This document shows positions 1 through 9,581 of a stretch of DNA of 56,400 bases, in pieces. Both the position numbers and the translations under genes were made by a program. How positions within the stretch are numbered: position 1 is the stretch's first letter; every line of letters starts with the position of its first letter. The notes beneath the pieces were generated by a model. The model made no database searches, was not told the origin of the DNA, and worked only from the letters and a program-made list of their open reading frames with translations. Origin of the DNA: an uncultured Roseburia sp. (GTDB taxonomy: Bacteria > Bacillota > Clostridia > Lachnospirales > Lachnospiraceae); contig CAYRAW010000001.1 of the NCBI GenBank assembly GCA_964422225.1, positions 1 to 56,400 on the forward strand. Reading direction: 5' to 3'.

Positions 1-80
1 GTTTTCTCAATAGAATTTTCAGGGTTGCATTACTGTTTATTTATCAAGGTTCTGTGTTGCATCATTTTGTGCGGTGCAAC
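1..80 (-). other. 5' leader of an rRNA operon (16S gene expected beyond the left edge)
   Basis: The minus strand reads AGAACCTTGATAAATAAACAGTAATGCAACCCTGAAAATTC, resembling the boxA/processing-stem leader of clostridial rrn operons. It lies downstream of two tandem sigma-A promoters and has no credible ORF. Confidence 0.65.
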
Positions 81-86
81 GTTGAT

Positions 87-116
87 ATTATATTATATCA
101 TTCAGTGCTTTGTCAA
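87..116 (-). promoter_or_regulatory. sigma-A promoter (rrn P2-like)
   Basis: TTGACA (116-111), 18-bp spacer, TATAAT (92-87), with an upstream A-tract. Confidence 0.65.
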
Positions 117-182
117 GCACTTTTTTGCCATTTACATAATTTCAAGTTTTCGTGTTTGAAACCATTCTCAACGGCGAGTTCT

Positions 183-211
183 ATCATATCATCTGATCTT
201 TCAAAAGTCAA
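183..211 (-). promoter_or_regulatory. sigma-A promoter (rrn P1-like)
   Basis: TTGACT (211-206), 17-bp spacer, TATGAT (188-183), with a long A-rich UP-like tract upstream. Confidence 0.7.
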
Positions 212-289
212 TCATATTTTTTATTTTTTTGAATTATTTTTCTGTATATATAATTTCGCATTTCTGCATATTCTTTTATATATGTTTTC

Positions 290-781
290 TCACACTAATT
301 TCAGTAATCTGATCAGATAATTGGTATGGTAGATCATACTCAGCATATTACTTTTGTTTACCATTTCCAAAAGCCACGAATTCAGATGTCCAAAATTAAA
401 ATATCCAAACAGAATGAATACTGCCCAGATAAGACACAGTGCCTGTGCAATTCCCAAAATCGTTCCTCCCAGTCTGTCCAGCCATTTCACAACCGGAAGA
501 CGACTGACCAGCCTACAGGAATCCAATAATAATTTCAGAATACGGTGTATGATCCGGATCATTGCAAGTAAGATCAGAGCCATCAGAACATTCAGCATAC
601 TCCCTTGTATAAAGCTGCCGATTCCTTTTGCCAGTATTACGAGTACAATTATGCCAAGCATATATGTAGTAATTCGTATCATGCCTTCTACAAGGCCTTT
701 TTTAAATCCTTTTACTGCTCCTAATGCCAACATCAGCACCGCAATGATCCATACGATATTTATTTCCATTTTAATCATCAT
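290..781 (-). CDS. CvpA (colicin V production) family membrane protein
   Basis: Four hydrophobic helices, with motifs KGFKKGLV and LDRLGGTILG. Start uncertain (781/778/769); the RBS GAAAGG is at 788-783. Confidence 0.8.
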   Translation of the reverse strand: MMIKMEINIVWIIAVLMLALGAVKGFKKGLVEGMIRITTYMLGIIVLVILAKGIGSFIQGSMLNVLMALILLAMIRIIHRILKLLLDSCRLVSRLPVVKWLDRLGGTILGIAQALCLIWAVFILFGYFNFGHLNSWLLEMVNKSNMLSMIYHTNYLIRLLKLV

Positions 782-844
782 GCCTTTCAGTAACCCGCAG
801 ACTTTGGTCCATAAACACAAATTTGTGTACAAAAAAATTATTTT

Positions 845-2068
845 TTATTTAAGTTGTATTGTCTGAATGCTGTTTTCTGTTACTAACGTATATTTTGCTA
901 TATTGCCGGATGGAATCATACATTCCACTCTTCTTTGAAAATCTCCCTGGTATTTCAGTCTGCCGTCCCAGTCATAGATCACGCATCCTTCATCATTATA
1001 GATCACAATTCCCGCCGCATCAAACAGGATATCCTTATATTCCAGATCAAATGTAAGTTCTCTGACTTTCTTACCTGATGTATCATATAATTCCATTCGA
1101 TATGTTGTTTCTCCACCTGCATTATAAAATACAAGTCCTATATGGTCCTTATCATAAAAAATGCTCTGTATTTCTTCTGATATCAATACATCTGTCAAGT
1201 TTACAGGTTTCTGCCTGCCCTGATAAAACATAAGTCTGTTATCTGCTACTGCAAAAACAGTATCATTATTCATAAATGCAACCAGTGGAACGACTGCATC
1301 AGAATAACCATACCCGCCAACCAGATTATCTGTATAATTCTGTCCTACGGACGAAAAATTGTAGAATCCGACGCTGGAGGTCACTTTTCCATTTTCTGCC
1401 TTCAAATAGGAAACCGCAATCTGCTTCCCATCATCTGATATTGCGATTGCAAAAGGATAACCGGATTTGCTCATTGTTGTCTTAAAATATGCAAGTTGTT
1501 CACCCGTAACACTATAAAGATATATAGCTGTTACGGTAGAATCATCCAGTACTGCTGCCACAACTCCATTGGAAGCCACACAAAAATCTCTGATAGGCAT
1601 AGTAGTGTCTATCATTCCCAGATTTCCTGTGGTATCTGAAATATAGATATTTCTGCCATTATAATCTCCTACCGCCACAACATTTTTACAGGTGCGGATC
1701 ATAGGGTCCTGCATTTCGTAGGTCTGATTCCATATAATTTTGCCCTTTACATCCGTACAGCTCATACCATCCTTGCTGTATGTAAAAAGTGTATTGCCCA
1801 GATTCAGACTATGGGCCTCTGTCGATCTTGACCATTCATATTCCTGTTTTACCTCATAATCTGTATACTCAAGATTTTTCCAGTGAAAATAGGCACACAG
1901 CAAAAAAACACAGACTAAAACCACTACAATACAGATTCTGTAGAACACAAGCACTTTATGTCTTGCCAGTTTATGCCGTAATGGAGTGTCTGTTGTTTTT
2001 GATGCCTTTTTATCTTCATTCCCGCGAATATGGAATGGCTTTAAATGAAATCCCTTTATGCCTGCCAT
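845..2068 (-). CDS. DUF5711-type membrane-anchored beta-propeller-like protein
   Basis: One N-terminal TM helix followed by repeated beta-rich blades (YSKDG, VAVGDYNG, AISDDGKQIAV). This family is typically found next to cvpA. Confidence 0.7.
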   Translation of the reverse strand: MAGIKGFHLKPFHIRGNEDKKASKTTDTPLRHKLARHKVLVFYRICIVVVLVCVFLLCAYFHWKNLEYTDYEVKQEYEWSRSTEAHSLNLGNTLFTYSKDGMSCTDVKGKIIWNQTYEMQDPMIRTCKNVVAVGDYNGRNIYISDTTGNLGMIDTTMPIRDFCVASNGVVAAVLDDSTVTAIYLYSVTGEQLAYFKTTMSKSGYPFAIAISDDGKQIAVSYLKAENGKVTSSVGFYNFSSVGQNYTDNLVGGYGYSDAVVPLVAFMNNDTVFAVADNRLMFYQGRQKPVNLTDVLISEEIQSIFYDKDHIGLVFYNAGGETTYRMELYDTSGKKVRELTFDLEYKDILFDAAGIVIYNDEGCVIYDWDGRLKYQGDFQRRVECMIPSGNIAKYTLVTENSIQTIQLK

Positions 2069-2136
2069 ACTTCCCCCTGTGTTTCACAACGTACTTCGTT
2101 ATCCCGAAAAGTTAACATATATTTTTTAGTATACCA

Positions 2137-3198
2137 TTAATCCTGGTGAAGTAAAAGCTTTTGTCCATAAAGTATGCTGTCAGCATTTTCAATATGATTC
2201 CACTCACAGATCTTATCAACCATGGAATAGTCCCCATATATCTGGTTACTTATACTCCTCAAAGTATCTCCTGGCTGAACAATATAGTACTGAACTGTTG
2301 CAGTTTCTGCTGCCGGAGCAACTGCTTCCTGTATCGCCGGTTCCTGAAGCACTTCCTGTGATATTACATTTTCAGTCTGTGTCTGTTCCTCTGTCTGCAT
2401 TTGCTGCTCCATAGATGTTTCCTGCTCTTCTTTCTCCAATGAATATCCCATCTCTCTGTCCTGTGTTTGCGATGGGATACTTTGCGGTATCTGTTCAGCT
2501 TTTGCCACCTGCTGACTCATTACTGCCAGTGTATCTGCCGGAAATGACATGATATATGTAAGCTTGTCCTCCATATTTTTCATTTTCTGATAGTTATTCA
2601 CTGAAATAATGCCAAATGCAAGTACGCATATCATAAGTCCAAGGCTTAATAAATTCATGGCATTCCAGAGATAGTTGACTCTGGCTTCTTCCCGGTTGCA
2701 ACTCTGGGTTACCCTGCTGAATCGTACAGCATCATCAGATTCCTTACGAATTTTTCCTCTGTTATGTGTCAGATTCCATTCTATAAGATAATTCTGCATT
2801 TCCTCATTCTGGTCGTAATATATGTAAAAATTATCTATCAAAAGTTTCTTACCATTAGGCAGCGAAATCTCCAGTGCAATCTGCATATCCCGCCCTTGTG
2901 TAATATACGCCTCTCCGATACAATAGCAGGATGGAAAAAATCGCTCCGGGCTTACTGCCAGTGCACCTTTATCAATCGCTCCCGATACGACCAGATAGTA
3001 TCTTCCGTCCTCTTCAAATTCATATCCATAGAGTGCAACCGTCTGCTGTTCATTATCTGATGCTTTCTCCTGATACAGCTTTCTGATAAAAGTATGCACG
3101 TAATCTTCAAGATATAGCAGATATGCTCCCTGTGGTTGTCCCACTGCTCTTGTATTAACCGGTATCTGTGTTATGTCACCTTCATTATGACTGCTCAT
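2137..3198 (-). CDS. LysM peptidoglycan-binding membrane protein
   Basis: C-terminal LysM (YIVQPGDTLRSIS...N.I.NADSILYGQKLLL), a central TM helix and a Q/E-rich linker. Confidence 0.85.
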   Translation of the reverse strand: MSSHNEGDITQIPVNTRAVGQPQGAYLLYLEDYVHTFIRKLYQEKASDNEQQTVALYGYEFEEDGRYYLVVSGAIDKGALAVSPERFFPSCYCIGEAYITQGRDMQIALEISLPNGKKLLIDNFYIYYDQNEEMQNYLIEWNLTHNRGKIRKESDDAVRFSRVTQSCNREEARVNYLWNAMNLLSLGLMICVLAFGIISVNNYQKMKNMEDKLTYIMSFPADTLAVMSQQVAKAEQIPQSIPSQTQDREMGYSLEKEEQETSMEQQMQTEEQTQTENVISQEVLQEPAIQEAVAPAAETATVQYYIVQPGDTLRSISNQIYGDYSMVDKICEWNHIENADSILYGQKLLLHQD

Positions 3199-3319
3199 GT
3201 CTCATCCTGTCCTTCCCCGTAAATTTGTTTGATGTATTATCTTATTGTTTCAGAGACATCGTACCATATTCTATCTGCACAATCTGTCGAAGCAGCCAGC
3301 GTTTTTTCTCATTTTGACA

Positions 3320-3352
3320 GACAAAAATCGACTGCTTAGAGTCGATTTTGTC
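3320..3352 (-). terminator. intrinsic terminator after galM
   Basis: Inverted repeat GACAAAAATCGACT/AGTCGATTTTGTC. Confidence 0.6.
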
Positions 3353-3361
3353 TTAATCGTC

Positions 3362-4405
3362 CTACCAGGACATTTTGTATATTGTAGTTGTTCTGTATTC
3401 TCTATCCGGTCCATAAATTACATCCGGGAAATTATCTCTGTTCACAGAATCCGGATACGCCTGTGTTTCAAGCGCAAGTCCACATCTTTTTCCGTAGGAT
3501 GCCCCTGCCTTTCCTGTATGTGGACTGATGCAATTACCTGCGTAAAATTGCATACCGGGCTGGTCTGTATATACAGTAAGAGTTCTTCCTTTTACAGGTT
3601 CTGTTACCTCTGCTACTTTTCTTACCTGTCCATTGCAATCATCCAGAACCCAGTTATGATCATATCCCTGTACCAGTTTAAGCTGTTCATTGTCATCATT
3701 AATGCGTTCCCCGATCCGTGTCAAAACGCCAAAATCAAAAGGGGTTCCTGCTACCGGTGCTATTTCTCCGGTAGGAATTGCTCCTGCTACAACCGGAGTA
3801 TATGCCTTACCCAGAATCTGCAGTTTATGATCTTCTATACTTCCTGCATTATGTCCTGCCAGATTGAAATAGGAATGGTTGGTCATATTAATAAGAGTCT
3901 TCTTATCACTTGTAACATAATAATCCAGCTTCAGTTCATTCTCATCTGTAAGCGTATATGTTACCTCAACATGCTTATTTCCCGGAAAGCCCATACTTCC
4001 ATCGGCATCTTCAAGTGAAAATGCAACACCATCATCCAATACCTGTGCCTGCCACATTCTCTTGGGATATCCTGTTGCATGATCGCTGTGCAGATTATTT
4101 TCATTGTCATTTACAGGCAAGTGATAGGTTTCTCCATCTATTGTAAACTGTGCTCCGGCTATTCGATTGGCACTTGGTCCGATCACTGCTCCAAAGAAAC
4201 AGTCATTCACAAAATAATCTTCCAGTTTATCATAGCCAAGAACAATATCATCAGTTTCGCCTTTACTGTCAGGAACTAATAAATTTACAAGAATCGCGCC
4301 ATAATCCATAACCTCTGCTGTAACGCCATTTTTGTTATGTATACTGTAAAGTGTTACCTGACTACCATCTTTTGTCACACCAAAACTTCTTGTAGTTACT
4401 GCCAT
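3362..4405 (-). CDS. galM: aldose 1-epimerase (galactose mutarotase)
   Basis: Motifs ANRI, NLHS, GFPG, NMTNHSYFNL, GYDHNW and LETQ. Confidence 0.92.
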   Translation of the reverse strand: MAVTTRSFGVTKDGSQVTLYSIHNKNGVTAEVMDYGAILVNLLVPDSKGETDDIVLGYDKLEDYFVNDCFFGAVIGPSANRIAGAQFTIDGETYHLPVNDNENNLHSDHATGYPKRMWQAQVLDDGVAFSLEDADGSMGFPGNKHVEVTYTLTDENELKLDYYVTSDKKTLINMTNHSYFNLAGHNAGSIEDHKLQILGKAYTPVVAGAIPTGEIAPVAGTPFDFGVLTRIGERINDDNEQLKLVQGYDHNWVLDDCNGQVRKVAEVTEPVKGRTLTVYTDQPGMQFYAGNCISPHTGKAGASYGKRCGLALETQAYPDSVNRDNFPDVIYGPDREYRTTTIYKMSW

Positions 4406-4419
4406 TTCTATCTTCCTCC

Positions 4420-5016
4420 TTATAATTCAACTCTTCCTTCAAGAGCTCTCAGCAAGGTCATTTCATCTATGCATTCCAAGTCTCCGCCTACCGGAACACC
4501 ACTGGCAATTCTGGTTACTTTTACACCTGTGGGCTTGATCAGCTTGGAGATATACATTGCTGTAGTTTCACCTTCCAGACTGGAGTTGGTTGCAATAATA
4601 ACTTCCTTTACATCACCTTCCAGACGTTTGATCAGCTCTTTAAGTTTAATATCACCAGGTCCAATTCCCAGCATCGGGGATATGGCTCCATGAAGTACGT
4701 GATATACGCCCTCAAATTTACCGGTCTTTTCATATGCTGCAAGATCTCTGATATTTTCCACGACCATGATCGTAGAATGATCACGCTTAGGATTTGCACA
4801 GATTGGGCATTCTTCTTCATCCGTAAGTGTATAGCAGCTCTTACAGTAATGGATATGATTCTTGGCATCTACCATAATCTGTGCGAAGCGCTCCACATGA
4901 TCCTTTGGCATGTTAATTATATGCAATGCAAGCCTCTGGGCAGATTTATTCCCTATTCCCGGAAGCTTGGCAAACTGTTCGATCAATTGATTAATATATC
5001 CGCTGTACAGGTCCAT
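4420..5016 (-). CDS. recR: recombination mediator RecR
   Basis: LPGIG.KSAQRLA HhH, C4 zinc finger and Toprim ([15 protein letters not shown]). Confidence 0.97.
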   Translation of the reverse strand: MDLYSGYINQLIEQFAKLPGIGNKSAQRLALHIINMPKDHVERFAQIMVDAKNHIHYCKSCYTLTDEEECPICANPKRDHSTIMVVENIRDLAAYEKTGKFEGVYHVLHGAISPMLGIGPGDIKLKELIKRLEGDVKEVIIATNSSLEGETTAMYISKLIKPTGVKVTRIASGVPVGGDLECIDEMTLLRALEGRVEL

Positions 5017-5366
5017 TAGAAAGGAAATCCTCCACCAAGTCCACCTGTCATTTTGCCCATCAACTCATTATTGGCTTCCTCTGCCATTCTCAGTGCTTCA
5101 TTTGTTGCTGCCATAATAAGATCCTGTAACATTTCAATATCATCCGGATCTACTACTTCCTGTGAAAGCTGCACCTTCAATACTTCCTTTTTACCGGATA
5201 CTGTTACCTCAACAGCTCCGCCTCCTGCCTTGGCACTGAATTCCTTTGCTTCCAGTTCTTTTTGTCCTTCTTCCATCTGACGCTGCATCTTCTGTGCCTG
5301 CTTCATCAGATTGTTCATATTGCCCGGCATACCCATGCCTCCTGGAAATCCACCTCTTTTTGCCAT
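5016..5366 (-). CDS. YbaB/EbfC nucleoid-associated protein
   Basis: Motifs [16 protein letters not shown] and [12 protein letters not shown]; located between dnaX and recR. Confidence 0.95.
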   Translation of the reverse strand: MAKRGGFPGGMGMPGNMNNLMKQAQKMQRQMEEGQKELEAKEFSAKAGGGAVEVTVSGKKEVLKVQLSQEVVDPDDIEMLQDLIMAATNEALRMAEEANNELMGKMTGGLGGGFPF

Positions 5367-5396
5367 AATATAATCCTCCTGTTTTCTATATATTTA

Positions 5397-6965
5397 CTAT
5401 TCTTCGACAAATTCAATATCCATATCTGTAAGTTTGCTCAGATCCACATAGCTTTCTTCAAAACTTCTTCCATCTTCAAGCCTCTGGACATGAACTGTTA
5501 CTTCTTTCTGTAAAAAGGAAGCGATCATATCCTCTACTCTTTGCTTATGATCTGCCTTATTCAGATAATCGTAAGCCAGTCCATCTGCTACTACGATCAT
5601 CAGATTATTATCACCACCCAGACTCAATCTGGCATTTTTAAGATACATCTTCAATGGGGGCGTTGCCTGTGACACAATTCCAGCCCAGTTATTTACGATT
5701 TCCCTTACTTCATCAGGTATCGCCTCGGGAAGCTGCGGTCTGACTTCCGGTCTGGCTGATGCATTACTTCCTGTTGTCTGTACCGGTACGGGTATCGTCT
5801 GCACGATGCCCTTTTCCATTTTATCCTCCAGATTGGTAAGCCTGGCTACCACTGCATCATTGGTTGTTTCCATCTCAGGTCTGCATAATTTGATCAGTGT
5901 CATTTCTATAAGGATTCTTTTCTGTGAGGCGTATTTTACCTGACCCGATAATTCAGAGAAAATACGGATGTATCGCATAATAGTCTCTGCATCCATCTCC
6001 TGTGCTTCTTCCTTTAATCGCGCAAGATTATCACTTGATACATCAATAACATCTTCAATATCGCTGTCAGAGGTCTTTACCAGTAACAGATTTCGCAGAT
6101 ACCATGTAATATCTGTAACGAACTGCGTCAGTTCCCTGCCCTGCATAACTACTTCTTCCAGAAGGGAAATACAGCCTACCACATTCTGTGCCCGCACCAT
6201 GGACAGCAATTCACTGAATACCCTGGTATCTACTGCTCCCAGCACATCCAGCACCTTATCGTACGTCAATTCCTCACCGAAATGGAACGCAATACATTGA
6301 TCCAGCAGACTAAGGGCATCTCGCATGGAGCCATCTGCCGTCTTGGCAATATAGCGAAGCGCCTTATCCTGTACCATAACCTGTTCTTTGGTCATCAGCT
6401 CCTGCAGTCTGTCGGCTATTGTATCAATATTAATACGTTTAAAATCATACCGCTGACAACGCGATAAGATCGTAATCGGGATCTTATGCACTTCTGTAGT
6501 TGCCAGAATAAATATCACATAAGATGGTGGTTCCTCCAGTGTCTTTAAAAGGGCATTGAAAGCACCAATAGAGAGCATGTGTACCTCATCTATAATATAT
6601 ACTTTGTATTTTCCTTCTACAGGAGAGTAAGATACTTCATCTATGATTTCCCTGATATTATCTACACCATTGTTAGAAGCTGCATCAATTTCTATTACAT
6701 TGACGGATGCCCCTGAAGCAATGGTCTTACAGCTTCTGCACTCTCCACACGGACTTCCATCTACCGGATGTTCACAGTTGACTGCCTTTGCAAAAAGTTT
6801 CGCTATTGTAGTCTTACCGGTTCCTCTGGTTCCCGTAAAAAGGTATGCATGACCAATCCGGTCTGCCTTGATCTGATTTCTCAGTGTCGTTACAATATGA
6901 TCCTGCCCTTTGACATCCTCAAATCTGTCCGGACGGAATTTTCTGTATAATGCCGTATATGACAT
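5397..6965 (-). CDS. dnaX: DNA polymerase III subunit gamma/tau
   Basis: MSYTALYRKFRP, Walker A GTRGTGKT, DEVHML and SRCQR. Start refined to the ATG at 6965. Confidence 0.96.
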   Translation of the reverse strand: MSYTALYRKFRPDRFEDVKGQDHIVTTLRNQIKADRIGHAYLFTGTRGTGKTTIAKLFAKAVNCEHPVDGSPCGECRSCKTIASGASVNVIEIDAASNNGVDNIREIIDEVSYSPVEGKYKVYIIDEVHMLSIGAFNALLKTLEEPPSYVIFILATTEVHKIPITILSRCQRYDFKRINIDTIADRLQELMTKEQVMVQDKALRYIAKTADGSMRDALSLLDQCIAFHFGEELTYDKVLDVLGAVDTRVFSELLSMVRAQNVVGCISLLEEVVMQGRELTQFVTDITWYLRNLLLVKTSDSDIEDVIDVSSDNLARLKEEAQEMDAETIMRYIRIFSELSGQVKYASQKRILIEMTLIKLCRPEMETTNDAVVARLTNLEDKMEKGIVQTIPVPVQTTGSNASARPEVRPQLPEAIPDEVREIVNNWAGIVSQATPPLKMYLKNARLSLGGDNNLMIVVADGLAYDYLNKADHKQRVEDMIASFLQKEVTVHVQRLEDGRSFEESYVDLSKLTDMDIEFVEE

Positions 6966-7055
6966 ATCTCTATTCCCATGCCTTTCAAATGCCCGCATTT
7001 TACATGCGGGCACATATTTTAATCCGTATCATTGTCACTGCGGCTGTTTATTTCA

Positions 7056-8129
7056 TTAATCACCAAAGCTGATTCCTAATGTCTTAGCTTCCTGTACGAT
7101 AGAAGAATTAGGATCTACCATCTTAAGCTTGCCTGCCACATCTTCAAGTGGAACTTTTACGATCTCACGGTTTACATAACCTACCATATATCCATATTCC
7201 CCTTCCAGGATCAGGCGTGCTGCTTCTGCGCCAAGTCTGCTGGCAAATACACGATCATAAGGATCAGGGCTGCCACCTCTTTGTGTATGTCCGGGTACTG
7301 TAACTCTGACTTCCATGCCGGTCTTTTTGGTAATCTGATCAGCAATTTCATAAGATACGCTTGGATATTTATAGTCCTCCATGGACTTCTTGTATTCTTT
7401 TTTGGATAATTTGGCTTTTTCCCTGGAAATAGCTCCTTCTGCAACTGCCAGTATCGTAAATCGGCTGCCACGCTGAGAACGTTTATTAATTGCCTCGATC
7501 ACTTTATCAATATCATAAGGAATCTCCGGAATCAGGATAATATCAGCTCCACCCGCCATACCTGCGTTCAATGTAAGGAAGCCTACCTTATGCCCCATTA
7601 CTTCAACAATAAATACACGTCCATGGGAAGCCGCTGTTGTATGGATCTGGTCAATGCATTGTGTCGCAATATCAACTGCACTCTGGAAACCAAAAGTCAT
7701 ATCTGTTCCCCACAGATCATTGTCTATTGTCTTTGGCAGGGTTACGATATTCAGTCCCTCTTCACGCAGCAGATTGGCAGTCTTATGTGTTCCATTTCCA
7801 CCAAGAATCACAAGACAGTCAAGATTGAGTTTGTAATAGTTCTGCTTCATGGCTGCAACCTTGTCCAGCCCATTCTCATCCGGATCACGCATGTTCTTGA
7901 ATGGACATCGTGAACTGCCAAGGATTGTACCACCTTTGGTCAGAATTCCCGAAAAATCAGAGAACTGTAACATCTTGTATTTTCCATAGATCAATCCCTT
8001 GTATCCATCAAGGAAGCCATAAAGTTCTACATCCTGATTGGAGTTGAGCAGTCCTTTTGCCACACCACGCATCGCAGCATTCAGTGCCTGACAATCTCCG
8101 CCACTTGTTAACATACCTATTCTTATCAT
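7056..8129 (-). CDS. pfkA: 6-phosphofructokinase (group III-like)
   Basis: Motifs TSGGD, GGTILG, GGNGT, PKTIDND, EVMGH and GHTQRGG. Confidence 0.92.
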   Translation of the reverse strand: MIRIGMLTSGGDCQALNAAMRGVAKGLLNSNQDVELYGFLDGYKGLIYGKYKMLQFSDFSGILTKGGTILGSSRCPFKNMRDPDENGLDKVAAMKQNYYKLNLDCLVILGGNGTHKTANLLREEGLNIVTLPKTIDNDLWGTDMTFGFQSAVDIATQCIDQIHTTAASHGRVFIVEVMGHKVGFLTLNAGMAGGADIILIPEIPYDIDKVIEAINKRSQRGSRFTILAVAEGAISREKAKLSKKEYKKSMEDYKYPSVSYEIADQITKKTGMEVRVTVPGHTQRGGSPDPYDRVFASRLGAEAARLILEGEYGYMVGYVNREIVKVPLEDVAGKLKMVDPNSSIVQEAKTLGISFGD

Positions 8130-8219
8130 GGAAACCCCTCCTTTGTCTGATACGATTATATCGCATTTTCCAACGTCTCACAACTTAAATTTAGCGCACA
8201 TTTCACGCTTTCCCCACAG

Positions 8220-8822
8220 TTAAATATCCTCGTTATGACCTGATTCTACATTTGCCGCAAACTCCCTGAGCCTTTTATCCGACTGTCGCTGTGTGTATTC
8301 CGCCACGATCATCAGTACAAGATCTGAAATGCCGTCATAAAGCAATCCGATCCCTATAATGAACATTGTAATTTCAAATGCCAGAAATGGGTGCAGTACC
8401 AAGAATATCCCCAAAGCAAATGTGATCAGTGAAAAGAGCAGTGCGATCCACCACTTGGAAGCCCCTGCATGCTTAATATCCAATGTGTACTGAAAATCCA
8501 TACATCCATGGATCAGCATAACGATTCCTATAATGACCGGAATCAATGCCAGAATGGTATCCGGACGTATACACACCCACATGCCCAGAAGAATCAAAAC
8601 AATGTTCATAAGCATGCTGAATTTGGAATAAAATCCCATTCTTTCTGCCCTGATACAGATAATAAGCTGTATTCCTCCCATAATAATAAGAGCAGCTCCC
8701 AGTAAATAACACAGAATCCTTCCTGACCAATCCGGCCAGATGACCAGAACTACTCCCAGTGCTATTGTCAGCAACGCCGAAATAAAATAGTTATGCTTCA
8801 TTTCTTCCACAAATGTGCGCAT
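8220..8822 (-). CDS. HdeD/DUF308-family membrane protein
   Basis: Six TM helices in repeated helix-hairpin units (IALGVVLVIWP; LGIFLVLHP). Confidence 0.75.
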   Translation of the reverse strand: MRTFVEEMKHNYFISALLTIALGVVLVIWPDWSGRILCYLLGAALIIMGGIQLIICIRAERMGFYSKFSMLMNIVLILLGMWVCIRPDTILALIPVIIGIVMLIHGCMDFQYTLDIKHAGASKWWIALLFSLITFALGIFLVLHPFLAFEITMFIIGIGLLYDGISDLVLMIVAEYTQRQSDKRLREFAANVESGHNEDI

Positions 8823-8878
8823 AGTTTTCCTCCTTTATTTACGTAGTTTGTTTCTCTTAAAATATATTTTAACACATC

Positions 8879-8907
8879 TTGACTACTTAGGCACGATTCA
8901 TTATAAT
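8879..8907 (+). promoter_or_regulatory. sigma-A promoter for tRNA-Ser
   Basis: TTGACT, 17-bp spacer, TATAAT. Confidence 0.7.
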
Positions 8908-9036
8908 TAAATCTCGTAATGTTTCATTACTTGTTACTTTATGTAGCAAAAATCCACACACAAAAGCACAATTCTGAGGCACACCTTGTTTCAGAATTGC
9001 ACGAATTTTACCAGCATCTGGTTAATTAAATATAAT

Positions 9037-9122
9037 GGAGACGTATCGAAGCGGTCATAACGGGGCGCACTCGAAATGCGTTAGCCCTCCGGGGCACGAG
9101 GGTTCGAATCCCTCCGTCTCCG
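9037..9122 (+). tRNA. tRNA-Ser(CGA)
   Basis: Acceptor stem GGAGACG/CGTCTCC, anticodon arm GCGCA-CTCGAAA-TGCGT, long variable arm, T-loop GGTTCGAATCC and G discriminator. CCA is not encoded. Confidence 0.95.
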
Positions 9123-9131
9123 TACTTACCC

Positions 9132-9152
9132 AAATCCGGTCATGCCGGATTT
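9132..9152 (+). terminator. terminator after tRNA-Ser
   Basis: AAATCCGG-TCATG-CCGGATTTT hairpin plus a U-rich tail. Confidence 0.6.
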
Positions 9153-9196
9153 TCTTCTGTCTTTAGTATAATTATCTTTTTTAAAGGAGTATTACC

Positions 9197-9523
9197 ATGA
9201 AACCTAGTACTGATACAGATCTGGCAGCAAAAATCCGCCAGCTCAGAATTGATAACAAATTAACACAGGAGCAGGTCGCCAAAGCTCTCGACGCTACTCC
9301 CGGTTATATCTGCAATGTAGAAAATGGCAGAACTGCCATGTCCCTGCGCATGCTTGTTTTTTTCGCAAAACTCACCCATACCACGCTGGACTCTCTGGTT
9401 GGCTGTATGGATGAAAGCTACACACAGACCGCTCTGGATAATGAGATCATAAATCTGGTTTCTTATTTTTCAGATGACGACAAGCGTAAGCTGATCGATA
9501 CCATTAAATTGTGGAAAGCATAA
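9197..9523 (+). CDS. XRE/Cro-C1 helix-turn-helix transcriptional regulator
   Basis: KIRQLR...LTQEQVAKAL...YICNVENGR; RBS AAGGAG. Confidence 0.88.
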   Translation: MKPSTDTDLAAKIRQLRIDNKLTQEQVAKALDATPGYICNVENGRTAMSLRMLVFFAKLTHTTLDSLVGCMDESYTQTALDNEIINLVSYFSDDDKRKLIDTIKLWKA

Positions 9524-9581
9524 AAAGATTTCTGTTCACATTTCCCATCTTGGATACCATGAAACTTATTCATGGTATTTT

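Noticed and set aside
54..320. Plus-strand 88-aa ORF
   Set aside because: It has low-complexity F/H/I composition and overlaps the rrn promoter region on the opposite strand.
3245..4018. Long opposite-strand ORFs (e.g. 3245-4018, 18837-19529, 36903-37565, 39060-39674)
   Set aside because: These are antisense shadows of well-supported genes or the T-box, with no RBS or recognisable domains.
5397..6965. Programmed frameshift in dnaX producing gamma
   Set aside because: No A-AAA-AAG or long A-run slippery site with a downstream hairpin was seen in the linker region.
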